Positions 38,178-48,875 are shown, numbered from the stretch's first letter. The stretch is 64,000 nt of DNA from Candidatus Sulfomarinibacteraceae bacterium (GCA_963796455.1 CAWCLO010000004.1:320001-384000); one strand, 5' to 3'. Notes: generated from the letters alone by a model not told the origin. Numbers and translations: made by a program.

Positions 38178-39146
38178 ATGAGTGTGACCGCGTTCATCAA
38201 TCAGCATTATCGTCACTTCAACGCCGCCGCTCTGGTGGACGCGGCCCGTGCCTATGTCGCGCACATCGAAGACGGCGGGAGGATGTTTCTGGCGATGGCC
38301 GGCGCCATGAGCACGGCCGAGATCGGTCGTTCACTGGCGGAGATGATTCGACAGGGCAAAGTGCACGGCATCAGCTGTACCGGCGCCAACCTCGAGGAAG
38401 ACGTTTTCAATCTGGTCGCTCATGACCATTATGTGAGGGTCCCAAAGTATCGGGACCTGACGGCCGCCGATGAAAAGGCGCTGCTCGATCGTCAGCTCAA
38501 CCGGGTCACCGACACCTGCATCCCGGAGGAGGAGGCGATGCGGCGGATCGAGGACATATTGAAAGGGCTGTGGCTTCGGGCCGAAGAACGGGGACACCGC
38601 TTCTTTCCACATCAGTTTTTTTATCAGGCGCTCAATGAGGGGCTGCTTGCCGAGAGCTATCAGATTGACCCCGCCAACTCGTGGATGGCGGCAGCGGCGG
38701 AAGTCGACCTGCCGATCTTCGTCCCGGGCTGGGAGGACTCGACCCTCGGCAATATTTTCGCCGCCAGCGTGATTGAAGGAACGGTCTCGAGTGCGGCGGT
38801 CGTCAAGAACGGCATCGAGTACATGGTCGAGCTTGCCCGTTGGTATGAAGAGATCACGGATGACGCGGGCCTCGGTTTTTTCCAGATCGGGGGCGGTATC
38901 GCGGGCGATTTTCCGATCTGCGTGGTGCCGATGCTGCATCAAGATCTTCGGCGACTCGATGCCCCGCTGTGGAGCTATTTCTGCCAGATTTCGGACTCCA
39001 CCACGAGCTACGGTTCATACTCCGGCGCAGTCCCGAACGAAAAGATCACCTGGGGCAAGCTCGGTGTCGACACCCCTTCCTTCATTGTCGAATCGGATGC
39101 CAGCATCGTCGCGCCACTGATGTTTGCCTACGTTCTGGGTTGGTGA
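38178..39146 (+). CDS. Deoxyhypusine-synthase-like protein (probable homospermidine synthase, SpeY type)
   Basis: 'YRHFNAA', 'AGAMSTAE', 'IGGGIAGDFPIC', 'YSGAVPNEKITWGK'. Confidence 0.88.
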   Translation: MSVTAFINQHYRHFNAAALVDAARAYVAHIEDGGRMFLAMAGAMSTAEIGRSLAEMIRQGKVHGISCTGANLEEDVFNLVAHDHYVRVPKYRDLTAADEKALLDRQLNRVTDTCIPEEEAMRRIEDILKGLWLRAEERGHRFFPHQFFYQALNEGLLAESYQIDPANSWMAAAAEVDLPIFVPGWEDSTLGNIFAASVIEGTVSSAAVVKNGIEYMVELARWYEEITDDAGLGFFQIGGGIAGDFPICVVPMLHQDLRRLDAPLWSYFCQISDSTTSYGSYSGAVPNEKITWGKLGVDTPSFIVESDASIVAPLMFAYVLGW

Positions 39147-40009
39147 GCAAAGATCATCGACAGGAATCGATAAATGAGTTTGGCGGCGAGAAACTCGCTT
39201 GCCCAGTGGCCCTCGGTCGGCAAAAGCTCGACGACATCGAATCCGATGACTCGCCGCCTCTGCGCCACCGCCTCGAGGAGAAGGATGACCTGGTACCAGC
39301 CGAGCCCGCCCGGCTCCGGCGTTCCCGTGGCCGGCATGATGGAAGGATCGAGTCCATCGAGGTCGATGGTCACCCAGACCGGGTCGCTGAGTCGGGAAAC
39401 GGCCCGGTCGACCCATTCGGTATCGGCACCCGCGGCGGTGATGTCGTGCGCCCAGAAAACTCGATCGAGATCGAGGCCAGCCATCTCCGAGAGGTCCACC
39501 GCGCGGATCCCGACCTGCACCACCGGACACCATTCCCTGGCTCGAGCCATCACACAGGCGTGGTTGAATGGTGAGCCTTGATACTCCTCGCGGGTATCGG
39601 CGTGGGCGTCGATTTGCAGGACCGATGTGCCGGGGTAAGTGCTCGCGGCAGCCCTGATCGCTCCGATCGACACCGAGTGCTCACCACCGAGGACAACCGG
39701 GAGGGCGCCGCGTTCCAAAGTCTGGCGGATCTGTTGGTCGACCAGGTCGGCGAGTCTCTCCGGTCCCTCCTCGCACTCGATGGGTGTGAGGGTGGCGATG
39801 CCCTCTCGACACACTTCGATCCCGGTCGGAATGTCGTACCACTCCACCTGGTGCGAGGCTTCGATGATCGCCTGCGGGCCGCCATCGGCGCCCTTCTTCC
39901 AGGTGCTGGTCCGGTCGTAGGGAACCGGAATGATGACGATTCTTGCGGTTTCCGGATTCGAGTCTTCCGGCCCGAGGTCGCCAAATCCGCGATCGCTCGA
40001 TTGCTTCAT
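39128..40009 (-). CDS. speB: Agmatinase
   Basis: GGEHS, DAHAD, DLDGLDP, TGTPEPGG; overlaps the speA stop codon. Confidence 0.92.
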   Translation of the reverse strand: MKQSSDRGFGDLGPEDSNPETARIVIIPVPYDRTSTWKKGADGGPQAIIEASHQVEWYDIPTGIEVCREGIATLTPIECEEGPERLADLVDQQIRQTLERGALPVVLGGEHSVSIGAIRAAASTYPGTSVLQIDAHADTREEYQGSPFNHACVMARAREWCPVVQVGIRAVDLSEMAGLDLDRVFWAHDITAAGADTEWVDRAVSRLSDPVWVTIDLDGLDPSIMPATGTPEPGGLGWYQVILLLEAVAQRRRVIGFDVVELLPTEGHWASEFLAAKLIYRFLSMIFAHQPRT

Positions 40010-41979
40010 GTCGGCAATTCCAGATAGGTCGAACCGTTGAGGCCCTGTTCGTACGCATCGAGAATCGAACGGGAATCCGCCACGGTCATTAGGTTGTTCC
40101 GCACTGCCCGCTCGCAGTCCCGGCGGATCGCCTGAGAAAGCTCACGTGGATCGTACTCCAGGTACCCGAGGACCTCTCTCACCGTGTCGCCGATGACCAC
40201 CTCGTCGATTTCCCAGCGGCCCTCGGCGTCGGCTCGGATGTGGACGAGATTGGTGTCCCCGAAGAGGTTGTGGAAATCGCCGAGGGTCTCCTGGTACGCG
40301 CCGACCAGGAACACGGCGAGATAGTAGGGCTTGCCCTCCTCGAGGGCGTGAACCGGCAGCACCGGTGCGACGTCTTCGATGGGGTCCACAAATCGGTCGA
40401 TCTTGCCATCGGAGTCGCAGGTGATGTCGGCCAGCGTCGCGCGGCGCGCCGGTTCTTCATCGAGCCGGTGGATCGGCATGATCGGAAAGACCTGTTCGAT
40501 CGCCCAGGAATCGGGGAGCGACTGGAAGACTGAGAGATTGCAGAAATAGGTATCGGAGAGCTTGAGTTCGAGCTCCGCCAGCTCTTCGGGCAGGGGATCG
40601 AGATGTTTCGCCCTCGTGATGATCTCGATACAGGTCGACCAGAAGATCTTGTCCGCTAGACCGCGCTTGGCGAGATCGAGAATTCCGACGTTGAAATGAG
40701 TCAGGGCTTCATGACGGGCCTGCTGGGCATCGTGGTAGGCCTCCAAAAGTGTGTCGTCGGTGACCGACTCATAGGCTTGCAGCAGTTCCCTGAGGACCCG
40801 CGGGTTTCCTTCCTCGGTGACCGCGGCGCGGGCTTCGTCGAGGTCCAGGCGCCACCGGTCAAGGCGGTTGCAGCCCAGAACGTCAAAGACGAGCATGCTG
40901 TGGTGACCGACGACGGCGCGACCCGCTTCGGTGACGATTGTCGGATGGTCGACACCGCTCTCGTCGCAGACCGTCATGATCCGGTTGACGACTGTCGCCG
41001 CGTACTCATCGAGGGAGTAGTTGACCGAAAAATCGGAGTTGGTCTGGCTGCCGTCATAATCGATTCCGAGGCCGCCGCCGACGTCGATGTACTTCAGATT
41101 GGCGCCCATGCCGGCCAGCTCGACAAAGACCCTCGAAACTTCCCCAAGCCCGGTGTTGATGACCTGGATGTCAGTGATCTGTGAACCCATGTGACAGTGG
41201 AGCAGTTTCAAACAGTCGAGCATATCGGCCGCTCGGAGCCGTGAGACGGCCTCGAGGACTCCGGGAATTGTGAGCCCGAATTTGGCCTTGTCGCCGGTTG
41301 AATCGTGCCATTTGCCCGTTGATCGGGTATCGAGCTTGAGACGGATCCCGATCCGCGGTCGGACCTCCATGGTGGAGGCCAGGGCGATGATCAGATCGAG
41401 CTCGTCGATGTTCTCGACCACGCTTACGATTCTCCGACCGAGTTTGGTTGCCAGCAGGATGTGGCGAATATATCGGGCCTCTTTGAATCCGTTGCATATG
41501 ATCAGGCGATCGAAACAGTTCTCCGTCAATCCCATCACGGCCAGCAACTCGGGTTTCGATCCCACCTCGAGGCCGAAATCAATGTCCTGGCCGAAGCTGT
41601 TCACATCCTTGACCAGGTGGCGATGCTGGTTGACCTTGATGGGATAAACGCCGCTATAACCGGCGCGATATCCGTTTTCTTCGATGGCATTGTGAAAAGC
41701 GGTTGTGAGATCCCGCATCCGGCGATTCACGAGTTCGGGAAAACCGATGACCACGGGCGAGCCGATGCCCCGTTCCACGAGACCACTGACTACCTCGTGA
41801 AGATCGATGCCGATCTTCGACGCGCTGTCGGTGAGCACCTGCAGGGTCCCATTTGGACCGATCTCGAAGAAGCCGGAACCCCAATCGGCAATCCTGTAGA
41901 TCTCGGCTGAATCGTTACAACTCCAAGCTGCGGAGACCGGTTCGGCGGTTTGATTCGGGTCTTTGCTGGTCATGGTCAT
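40006..41979 (-). CDS. speA: Biosynthetic arginine decarboxylase
   Basis: YPIKVNQ (PLP lysine), GLEVGSKPEL, DVGGGLG, SLPDSWAI, DITCDSDG, GAYQE. Confidence 0.96.
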   Translation of the reverse strand: MTMTSKDPNQTAEPVSAAWSCNDSAEIYRIADWGSGFFEIGPNGTLQVLTDSASKIGIDLHEVVSGLVERGIGSPVVIGFPELVNRRMRDLTTAFHNAIEENGYRAGYSGVYPIKVNQHRHLVKDVNSFGQDIDFGLEVGSKPELLAVMGLTENCFDRLIICNGFKEARYIRHILLATKLGRRIVSVVENIDELDLIIALASTMEVRPRIGIRLKLDTRSTGKWHDSTGDKAKFGLTIPGVLEAVSRLRAADMLDCLKLLHCHMGSQITDIQVINTGLGEVSRVFVELAGMGANLKYIDVGGGLGIDYDGSQTNSDFSVNYSLDEYAATVVNRIMTVCDESGVDHPTIVTEAGRAVVGHHSMLVFDVLGCNRLDRWRLDLDEARAAVTEEGNPRVLRELLQAYESVTDDTLLEAYHDAQQARHEALTHFNVGILDLAKRGLADKIFWSTCIEIITRAKHLDPLPEELAELELKLSDTYFCNLSVFQSLPDSWAIEQVFPIMPIHRLDEEPARRATLADITCDSDGKIDRFVDPIEDVAPVLPVHALEEGKPYYLAVFLVGAYQETLGDFHNLFGDTNLVHIRADAEGRWEIDEVVIGDTVREVLGYLEYDPRELSQAIRRDCERAVRNNLMTVADSRSILDAYEQGLNGSTYLELPT

Positions 41980-42193
41980 CTCCGCATACGGGATTGGGTG
42001 AGCACTCGGCCCTCGAACCTGCCGTTCGGGCCACTCATCATACAGTTTGGAAGCTGAAAATCCGCCCCTCGGGTTCGGTTGATCTGCCGCAATAGAAAAA
42101 TGCTGAAATGACCGGGAAATGGCAACTCGAAGGGGCGAGGAACGTAAAAGACCGAAAGGCCTCAGCTCCTGTGGCCCGTTTTCGTGGGGGTAG

Positions 42194-43738
42194 ATGATGC
42201 GAACCGTTCTTTTCTCGGTGATTGTTGTGCTAATTGTGTGCCTCTCGACGGCGTCTTGTGGCGGCGATCATTCGGACGGAGACGGGTTGAGCCGGGGTCG
42301 TCCCGATGAAGGTGTATTCGAATCAACCACCTCTTCGCCGGTTGTCACCGACGCCGCCAGCACCGGAGGTGTCAGCTGGGTCGACTTTGATGGCGATGGT
42401 GACGTCGATCTCATGGTCACCAACGGTTACGACGTGAGCGCCGAAAATCCGGTACCGCAAAAGAACCGTCTGTACGAGAACCGGGGCGGCGAGTTTGTGG
42501 ACGTGAGCTCGGGGCCCGTGGCCGAGGACGATGGCTTTTCCTCGGGCAGTACGTGGGCAGATTTCGACAATGACGGCCACATTGACGTCTTTATCGCCAA
42601 CCAACGGGGTCAGGATAACTTTCTCTATCGCAATCTGGGTGACGGGCGATTCGAAAAGATCGCCGATGGACCGCCGGCAACCTGCGCCGGAAATTCCTAT
42701 GGGGCGAGTTGGGTCGATGTGGACAACGACGGTCTGGTGGATCTCTTTGTCGCCAACGGGGGACTGAGCCACCAGAACAAAAATTGTTTCTACCGAAACA
42801 TCGGTGACGGCAGGTTCTCCCCTGTGGTGGAGGGCTCCATCATCATCGAGGAAGGCTCCACCTGCGGTGTCTCATGGGCCGACTACGACAACGACGGCGA
42901 CCAGGATGTTTTTGTGTCCGATCTTCAGCAGGCACAGACAGGGACCGGCGGCCTCTATCGAAATGACGGCGACTGGGTTTTTGTCCGCCAGGGAAGCGAT
43001 GTTGTGCCACTCGGACCGTCAATGCCGTCCGCCGCTGCGTGGGGAGATATGGACAACGATGGCGATCTCGATCTGTATCTGGCCGGGGTCTACGGCATGG
43101 CCAATATTCTGCTGAGCAACAATGGAGTGGGTGGCTTCGACAGGGTGACCGTGGGAGACGCCACAATCGACGGTGGACACTCCTATGGCGCGAACTGGGC
43201 CGATGTCGACAACGACGGCGATCTCGATCTTGCGGTCGCCAACTGGGGCGCGGGCCAGATGCTCTACGAGAACGACGGGACGGGTCGTCTTGATCGCATG
43301 GACGGCGGCGACTTTGGCGCGACCATCGAATACCCGGCAACCATCGCCTGGGCAGATTTCGACGGTGATGGCTTCCTCGATCTCGCCCTCGGGAACTGGC
43401 CCAACGCCCCCGGCCCCGGTGAAATCAATCGTCTGTTTCGAAATCGTGGGGCCGGTGGCCACTGGTTGATCGTGGTGCTCGAGGGCACTGCCTCGAATCG
43501 TTCGGCGATCGGCGCCCGCATCGAGGCCCTTGTAACCATCGGTGGCCGTCCGACAACCCTCATCAGAGAGGTGAGCGCCCACACAGGGTGGCGGAGTCAG
43601 AACGATCTTCGGCAGCACCTGGGTTTGGGCGATGCCGAGACAATCGACGTATTGTTGGTGCGGTGGCCGTCAGGAGCCACCAGTCGCCTTACCGATGTCG
43701 AAACCGATCGCGTGATCGAGGTCGTTGAAACGGGCTGA
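42194..43738 (+). CDS. CRTAC1-family protein (FG-GAP repeats plus ASPIC/UnbV domain), probable lipoprotein
   Basis: Seven 'WxDxDxDGxxD' repeats; 'SNRSAIGAR', 'HLGLG', 'VRWPSG'. Confidence 0.9.
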   Translation: MMRTVLFSVIVVLIVCLSTASCGGDHSDGDGLSRGRPDEGVFESTTSSPVVTDAASTGGVSWVDFDGDGDVDLMVTNGYDVSAENPVPQKNRLYENRGGEFVDVSSGPVAEDDGFSSGSTWADFDNDGHIDVFIANQRGQDNFLYRNLGDGRFEKIADGPPATCAGNSYGASWVDVDNDGLVDLFVANGGLSHQNKNCFYRNIGDGRFSPVVEGSIIIEEGSTCGVSWADYDNDGDQDVFVSDLQQAQTGTGGLYRNDGDWVFVRQGSDVVPLGPSMPSAAAWGDMDNDGDLDLYLAGVYGMANILLSNNGVGGFDRVTVGDATIDGGHSYGANWADVDNDGDLDLAVANWGAGQMLYENDGTGRLDRMDGGDFGATIEYPATIAWADFDGDGFLDLALGNWPNAPGPGEINRLFRNRGAGGHWLIVVLEGTASNRSAIGARIEALVTIGGRPTTLIREVSAHTGWRSQNDLRQHLGLGDAETIDVLLVRWPSGATSRLTDVETDRVIEVVETG

Positions 43739-43863
43739 TTGCCGGCAGCAGGTGTGACCGCGTGGGATATGTGGATGGGCCAAAACCTGATTTCGGGATG
43801 AAATATAGGACGAAAGGGTCCATACTCTTATTCATGTAGGGTTCGAACCCAAGGGGGTAGGTC

Positions 43864-45669
43864 ATGAAACGGACGCCGGTCGACAGTTTCTACAGACGTG
43901 TAATCGGTGGGGGAGCGGCTTTCCTGGTGCTGATCAGCCTTATGACGGGTGGGATCTCGGCCCAGGAATCGGCTGACAACCCGTCCGCATCGTTCTTCCA
44001 GCCGATTCGGGTGCCCCTGGTCAACGTCGAAGTGGTGGCGAACAATGAAAGCGGTGTACCGGTCCGAGGTCTCACCGCTGATGACTTCGAGGTTTTCGAA
44101 GACGGACAACCGGTCGCCATAACCCATTTCTTCGCGGCAGATTCGTCCACCGCGACCGCGGATGACTCTGCTTCGAAATCGACCTACTCCGGCGCCCCCA
44201 GCCAGGATCTCTATCTGACCGTTTTTCTCGACGAAACCACCGTGGATCCCCGTCTCCGGACGGCGGCATTGGCCCGTCTCGATACCTTTCTCAACCAGCC
44301 GGGGGCGGTCAACATGCGGACCATGCTGGTCCGTTTCGACGGCTCGCTCCAGGTGGTTAGCGATTTCTCCAGTCAACCCGAGGAGTTGCGCAGTGCTCTC
44401 GAAGATGTCCGTGGCCGGCCGTCGGTCAGCGGGGTGAACCGGGAAGGTGAAGCGCTCGTGCGCGACATGCAGAGCTATGCTGCGCAACCGCGGATGAAAA
44501 AACAGAGCGCGGCGCCGGTCATTGGTGAATTCCAGACAGGACCATCGCCTTTTATAGAATCCGACACCCCGAACGACTACCACTCCTACTTGCCGGAGAT
44601 CCGGCAATTCACCGAAACCTGCAGGGTCCGAAGCCGGACCAGCATCCAGGCTTTGGGACATTTTGTCGATTATCTGTCCGGGGTGCCGGGTCGAAAGGCC
44701 GTTCTCTGGATCGGCGATCTCGAGATGAGAGCGGGTGAGAATGTGTACCGGACCTGGATGGAGCTCTTTCCCGAACAGGCTCGGAGGCAAGCCGTGAGCC
44801 CGATGATGGCGACGTTCCAACAGGACATTTCCCGCGATCTCCAGGAATTGGTGGACCGCGCGAATTCCGAAAGAGTCAGTTTTTTTACGGTTGGAACCCT
44901 GAACAGCAATTTCGCCGCCAGCGCATCGATGAATACGCGCATCTTCGAAGGAACGGGTGGGCCGGGTCAACAGCGGGTCAGGAGTTCAGGATCGGGGGAT
45001 TTTGCAAAAAGGATGATGTCCGATCAAACCGGCGGCCGTCTGCTGATGAGCGGTCGCGATCTTGACCAGCAGCTGCAGAGGGTGACGGACGATCTCGGGA
45101 CCTACTATTCGCTGGCCTACACGCCACCATCCCCGGGCGATGGTGAGTATCACGAGATCACGGTCAAGGCGAAGCGAGAAGGCGTCATCCTGACTCATCG
45201 TGTCGGCTATCGAGAGAATCTTTCGTACACCGGCGCTGCGGACCGAACCCTGGCCGCAGCCCTTCTCGGGGTCGCCGAAAATCCACTCGGAATTGAAGTC
45301 GAGTGCGAAGAGGCGGAACCAAGGGAAGAAAAAGGTTTTCTGGTTCCAGTGAGGATTCAGATCCCGATCGGGGACCTCGTCCTCGCGCCTCAAGAGGGAC
45401 ACCACACCGCCCATATCTCAGTCTTCTTCGTGATCTCCGACGAATCGGGGCGGGCGTCGGAGGTCTACGAGCGTGCCTACCCGATCGATATCGCCAACGA
45501 TCAACTGCTCGCCGCGGTGGGCCAGAAGGCTGATTTTGTGGTGGGGATGTTACTGAGCGAAGGTCCGCATCGGATCGCGGTCAGCGTTCGCGACGACCAG
45601 TCATCGACCGAGTCGACCACATTCATCGATATGGTGGCCGGAGTCGCGGACGAGCAGGTCGCCCAGTAA
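43864..45669 (+). CDS. VWA-related acidobacterial domain protein
   Basis: 'VPLVNVEVV...GLTADDFEVFEDG', 'PGRKAVL', 'QTGG', 'YYSLAY'. Confidence 0.85.
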   Translation: MKRTPVDSFYRRVIGGGAAFLVLISLMTGGISAQESADNPSASFFQPIRVPLVNVEVVANNESGVPVRGLTADDFEVFEDGQPVAITHFFAADSSTATADDSASKSTYSGAPSQDLYLTVFLDETTVDPRLRTAALARLDTFLNQPGAVNMRTMLVRFDGSLQVVSDFSSQPEELRSALEDVRGRPSVSGVNREGEALVRDMQSYAAQPRMKKQSAAPVIGEFQTGPSPFIESDTPNDYHSYLPEIRQFTETCRVRSRTSIQALGHFVDYLSGVPGRKAVLWIGDLEMRAGENVYRTWMELFPEQARRQAVSPMMATFQQDISRDLQELVDRANSERVSFFTVGTLNSNFAASASMNTRIFEGTGGPGQQRVRSSGSGDFAKRMMSDQTGGRLLMSGRDLDQQLQRVTDDLGTYYSLAYTPPSPGDGEYHEITVKAKREGVILTHRVGYRENLSYTGAADRTLAAALLGVAENPLGIEVECEEAEPREEKGFLVPVRIQIPIGDLVLAPQEGHHTAHISVFFVISDESGRASEVYERAYPIDIANDQLLAAVGQKADFVVGMLLSEGPHRIAVSVRDDQSSTESTTFIDMVAGVADEQVAQ

Positions 45670-45720
45670 CAACGATTCCATAATGACTGCGAGACCGGAA
45701 CCGAAGGTCTTCCCGACCCT

Positions 45721-47085
45721 TCAGCCGCGGCCGAGACCCAGCACCCTGAAACCGGAAGACTGCAGTTCGTCAACCAGCTCGGGGTTGATGCGACGGAGAC
45801 CCGCCAGAAGCTTGTGTGCCTCTGCATCCTCGCCCGAGGCAAGCAGCGCTTCCGCCAGAATCGTTTTGTTGTAGAGCTTGAATGTGCCTTGGCTGACTTG
45901 CATGAAGGTCAGCTGATTGTCCGTCGCCCACAGTTTCTCGGCTGCCTTTCCGTACTCGCCCAGCTTGGCCAGACGGACGCCCTCGAGGTGCGACATGACG
46001 GCTTCGGGCAACGTCGAGTCGCGACCTTCGGAACGGTCCATCAATTCTGTAGTGAAATCTGAAAGCCTGTCTTCGAGAGCCTTTGCGGTTTGCCAGTCGC
46101 CGACCTCACAGGCTGCTCGGTGGGTCATCACTGACGGATAACCCAGCGGCCGATCGGCAATGCAGGGGTCTTCGAAGAGGGCCAGCATCTCCTCCCACTC
46201 TTCGTGTTCCGTCATCTCCGAGTAGCGCGCCCGGCACTCCAGGGCGAGCAGCTGTTCGTCCGGCAACCCGGCCTCGCGGGCGCTGGCGATCGTCTCCCAG
46301 ATCCGTTGCGGATTTCCCGCAAAGGAGTGCAGGACGGCAAGGTGTTCGTATGAGGCCCAAAAATCTCTTTTGATCTCGATGGCTTTGTTGAGAGATGCCT
46401 CGGCCTCTACAAAACGTCCGATCGTGATGTAGAGCTCGCCGAGAGAGTCGTGGGGGTTGGCCTGATCGGGTGCGATGAACCGGTAACTTTTGAAGTGCTC
46501 CTCCGACTCGGCGAATCGGCCCTGCATCATTGCGATGTAACCGAGGGCGTTGTAGGCGGCGACCCAGTTGGAGTCGATCTCGAGGAGGCGCTGGTACAGG
46601 TGTTCGGCATCTCCCAAATCATTGCGGGTCCACGCGATGGCTGCTTTGATGCTCAGAGCTTCGGCATCTGTCGGATATTTTTCTACGTACTCATCGACCA
46701 GACGATCGGCCTCCTCCGGTTGGCGGTTGCGAAGAGCCCGCCAACGCTCCATGAACATTATCTCGCGTGGGCTGACTCGAGCGAGATCGGCGTCCATGAG
46801 TTCGACATAGAGTTTCTCCGCCTCTTCGGGGTCGCTGCCGTGGAGAAACTGTGCGTAACGGAGCTTGGCGATCAAGAAATCGGGATCGAGCTCGTAGGCG
46901 CGTCGGTAGTGCTCATAGGCGTCGTCCAGATAGAACTTGTTCTGAGCTTCGCTGCCGGCTTCGTATGCGGCGAGCGCCTCCGGATTCGAGGTCGTCCACT
47001 CCGATCCCCGGGGTAGTGCAATCAACGTCACTCCGGCCGCGACCACCGTGACAGCCGCCGCCATCATCCACAGAGTATGTTTCAT
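45721..47085 (-). CDS. Membrane-anchored tetratricopeptide repeat protein
   Basis: N-terminal hydrophobic anchor; 'TTSNPEA..AY', 'AYNALGY', 'NPHDSLGE' TPR motifs. Confidence 0.82.
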   Translation of the reverse strand: MKHTLWMMAAAVTVVAAGVTLIALPRGSEWTTSNPEALAAYEAGSEAQNKFYLDDAYEHYRRAYELDPDFLIAKLRYAQFLHGSDPEEAEKLYVELMDADLARVSPREIMFMERWRALRNRQPEEADRLVDEYVEKYPTDAEALSIKAAIAWTRNDLGDAEHLYQRLLEIDSNWVAAYNALGYIAMMQGRFAESEEHFKSYRFIAPDQANPHDSLGELYITIGRFVEAEASLNKAIEIKRDFWASYEHLAVLHSFAGNPQRIWETIASAREAGLPDEQLLALECRARYSEMTEHEEWEEMLALFEDPCIADRPLGYPSVMTHRAACEVGDWQTAKALEDRLSDFTTELMDRSEGRDSTLPEAVMSHLEGVRLAKLGEYGKAAEKLWATDNQLTFMQVSQGTFKLYNKTILAEALLASGEDAEAHKLLAGLRRINPELVDELQSSGFRVLGLGRG

Positions 47086-47124
47086 TTGGCCCCCGCTCGT
47101 CATACGAAAACGACTGGAGAATGT

Positions 47125-48129
47125 TTACTCGAAAGGCTCTGCGAAGGACCGGTTTGGCTCCACGAAAAGGCGGTTTCGAGAAGCATCGAAGACGAGGTTG
47201 AAACGAGACAGGAGCCCGAGCCCGATCATGACTTCGTGGAATGTGTGATCGCGGTCTTCCTCGAGAACGAAACTGGCAAGAACATCGGACACCTCGAAGC
47301 CTCCGATCTCGATGCCGGCCACCCGTGCGAAATGCCCCCGGGTCTCTTGTCGTTGAATATTGAATCCGAGGCTGCCGGGCACCGCGGTGCGTGGGGTTGT
47401 GAATCCGTGTTCGCCGCCGGTGGCGATCTGGGCCTGGTCGTTGTAGCCGAGGTCCATCATGAATTCGAGTGATTTCGTGTGACCGTCCTCGGTTCGGATG
47501 GTGCCGGGGATCGACCAGGCACCGATCTCGAGCGGTCTCCACCTTACTGCGGCACCCTCACCGCGATAAACGAATGCGGAGGGCTCGATCAGGGTGATCA
47601 TCATCTCGTCGAAGTTGATGTCCACCACAAAGTGTTTGAAAAAGGTCGCGCTGACCTGACCAACGCTGCCCGCCCACATTTTGTCCGTACCGGAACTGGA
47701 GGGGGTGATCACGGCGGTTTGATCGATGAACTCAACCCCCGGGAGCCGGAGGGTGATTCCGGAAGCCGTGTCCGAGGCCAGCGCGGTCTCTTCCTCCGTC
47801 TCTCCGATGAGGATCTGGCCGTCGCGCTCGAGACTGAGAGCGTCCACATCCGGTCCCCCCCAGAACAACAGGGGGTCCCACATGAAACCGTCGTCGAGTA
47901 GCAGGTGGACCTCGCGACCGTTGATTTTGGCACGAAACCGGATATCCCCGCCAAACACGTCGAATGGGAATCGGATGACTCCGTGCTCGTCGAGAATTCG
48001 AAAACTTCCGGGGAGTGAGTTTTTGTCATTCTCCTCGATCACATCCGAGCTGGATGGGGTTGCGACAATCAGGCAGATGGTGCTCGCAATGATGCCGCAA
48101 ATGAACCTGAGGTAGGTGGTGATGTTCAT
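47125..48129 (-). CDS. Two-domain retropepsin-like aspartyl protease family protein
   Basis: 'AKINGREVHLLLDDG', 'FMMDLGY', 'IGLGLLSRFNLVFD'; ATGA overlap with the TetR gene. Confidence 0.65.
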   Translation of the reverse strand: MNITTYLRFICGIIASTICLIVATPSSSDVIEENDKNSLPGSFRILDEHGVIRFPFDVFGGDIRFRAKINGREVHLLLDDGFMWDPLLFWGGPDVDALSLERDGQILIGETEEETALASDTASGITLRLPGVEFIDQTAVITPSSSGTDKMWAGSVGQVSATFFKHFVVDINFDEMMITLIEPSAFVYRGEGAAVRWRPLEIGAWSIPGTIRTEDGHTKSLEFMMDLGYNDQAQIATGGEHGFTTPRTAVPGSLGFNIQRQETRGHFARVAGIEIGGFEVSDVLASFVLEEDRDHTFHEVMIGLGLLSRFNLVFDASRNRLFVEPNRSFAEPFE

Positions 48130-48761
48130 CGGTTTGCTCCCTGGCTGCGGATTCCTCGACTGAAGAGATCCAAAAAATGTTCGGTGTATCGCTCTGGATC
48201 GAATGAAGCGAATGAATACGACGGTGACAGCGCGCGGTGAATGATGATCCTGAGGCTGTAGAGATATTGGCTGATACAAAGATCGATCTCGAGATCGGAA
48301 CGAAGCGAGCCGTCTTTCAGACCCAGATTGAAAATCTCCCGCAGACCGTCCGCAAGCTGATTGTTCAGTACTTCAAATTTTTGCAGCACGTCCCTGCCGA
48401 CCCGGTTCTCGTCGATGCCTCGGTAATCCCAGTAGGCCTGGAGTCGAATCGACTGTGGGCGGGCGCAGGAATAGGAAAAGAGGGTGCGTCCCCAGGTCAG
48501 GATCTTCTCGAGACCCGTCTCGGCGTCGAGCATCCCCGCCAGTTGCGCCTTCCACCGTTCACTCAGGTCGTCGACCAGAACCAGCAGGAGGATTTGGTCG
48601 CGGCTCTTGAAATAGGCGTAGAGGGTTCTGCGGGTGTAGTCCACCGCCGCAGCGATCTCGTCCATCGATGTCGTCTCGATATCTCGTTCGGCGAGCAATC
48701 TCCGGGTGGCGTCGACAATCATCCTGCGCCGGGTGTCGAACTCGATTTCTTTTCGCGTCAT
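48126..48761 (-). CDS. TetR/AcrR family transcriptional regulator
   Basis: 'TSMDEIAAAVDYTRRTLYAYFKSR' helix-turn-helix. Confidence 0.92.
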   Translation of the reverse strand: MTRKEIEFDTRRRMIVDATRRLLAERDIETTSMDEIAAAVDYTRRTLYAYFKSRDQILLLVLVDDLSERWKAQLAGMLDAETGLEKILTWGRTLFSYSCARPQSIRLQAYWDYRGIDENRVGRDVLQKFEVLNNQLADGLREIFNLGLKDGSLRSDLEIDLCISQYLYSLRIIIHRALSPSYSFASFDPERYTEHFLDLFSRGIRSQGANR

Positions 48762-48875
48762 GGTGTTTGAATCTGGGATGTCTCACCTCGAGCAATTTAT
48801 TACACAGTACGTGTAATTATGCCGGAAGTTTCATCCGAAAATCAAATGACGTTTTTATTTGTTCGCCGCGAGTCG

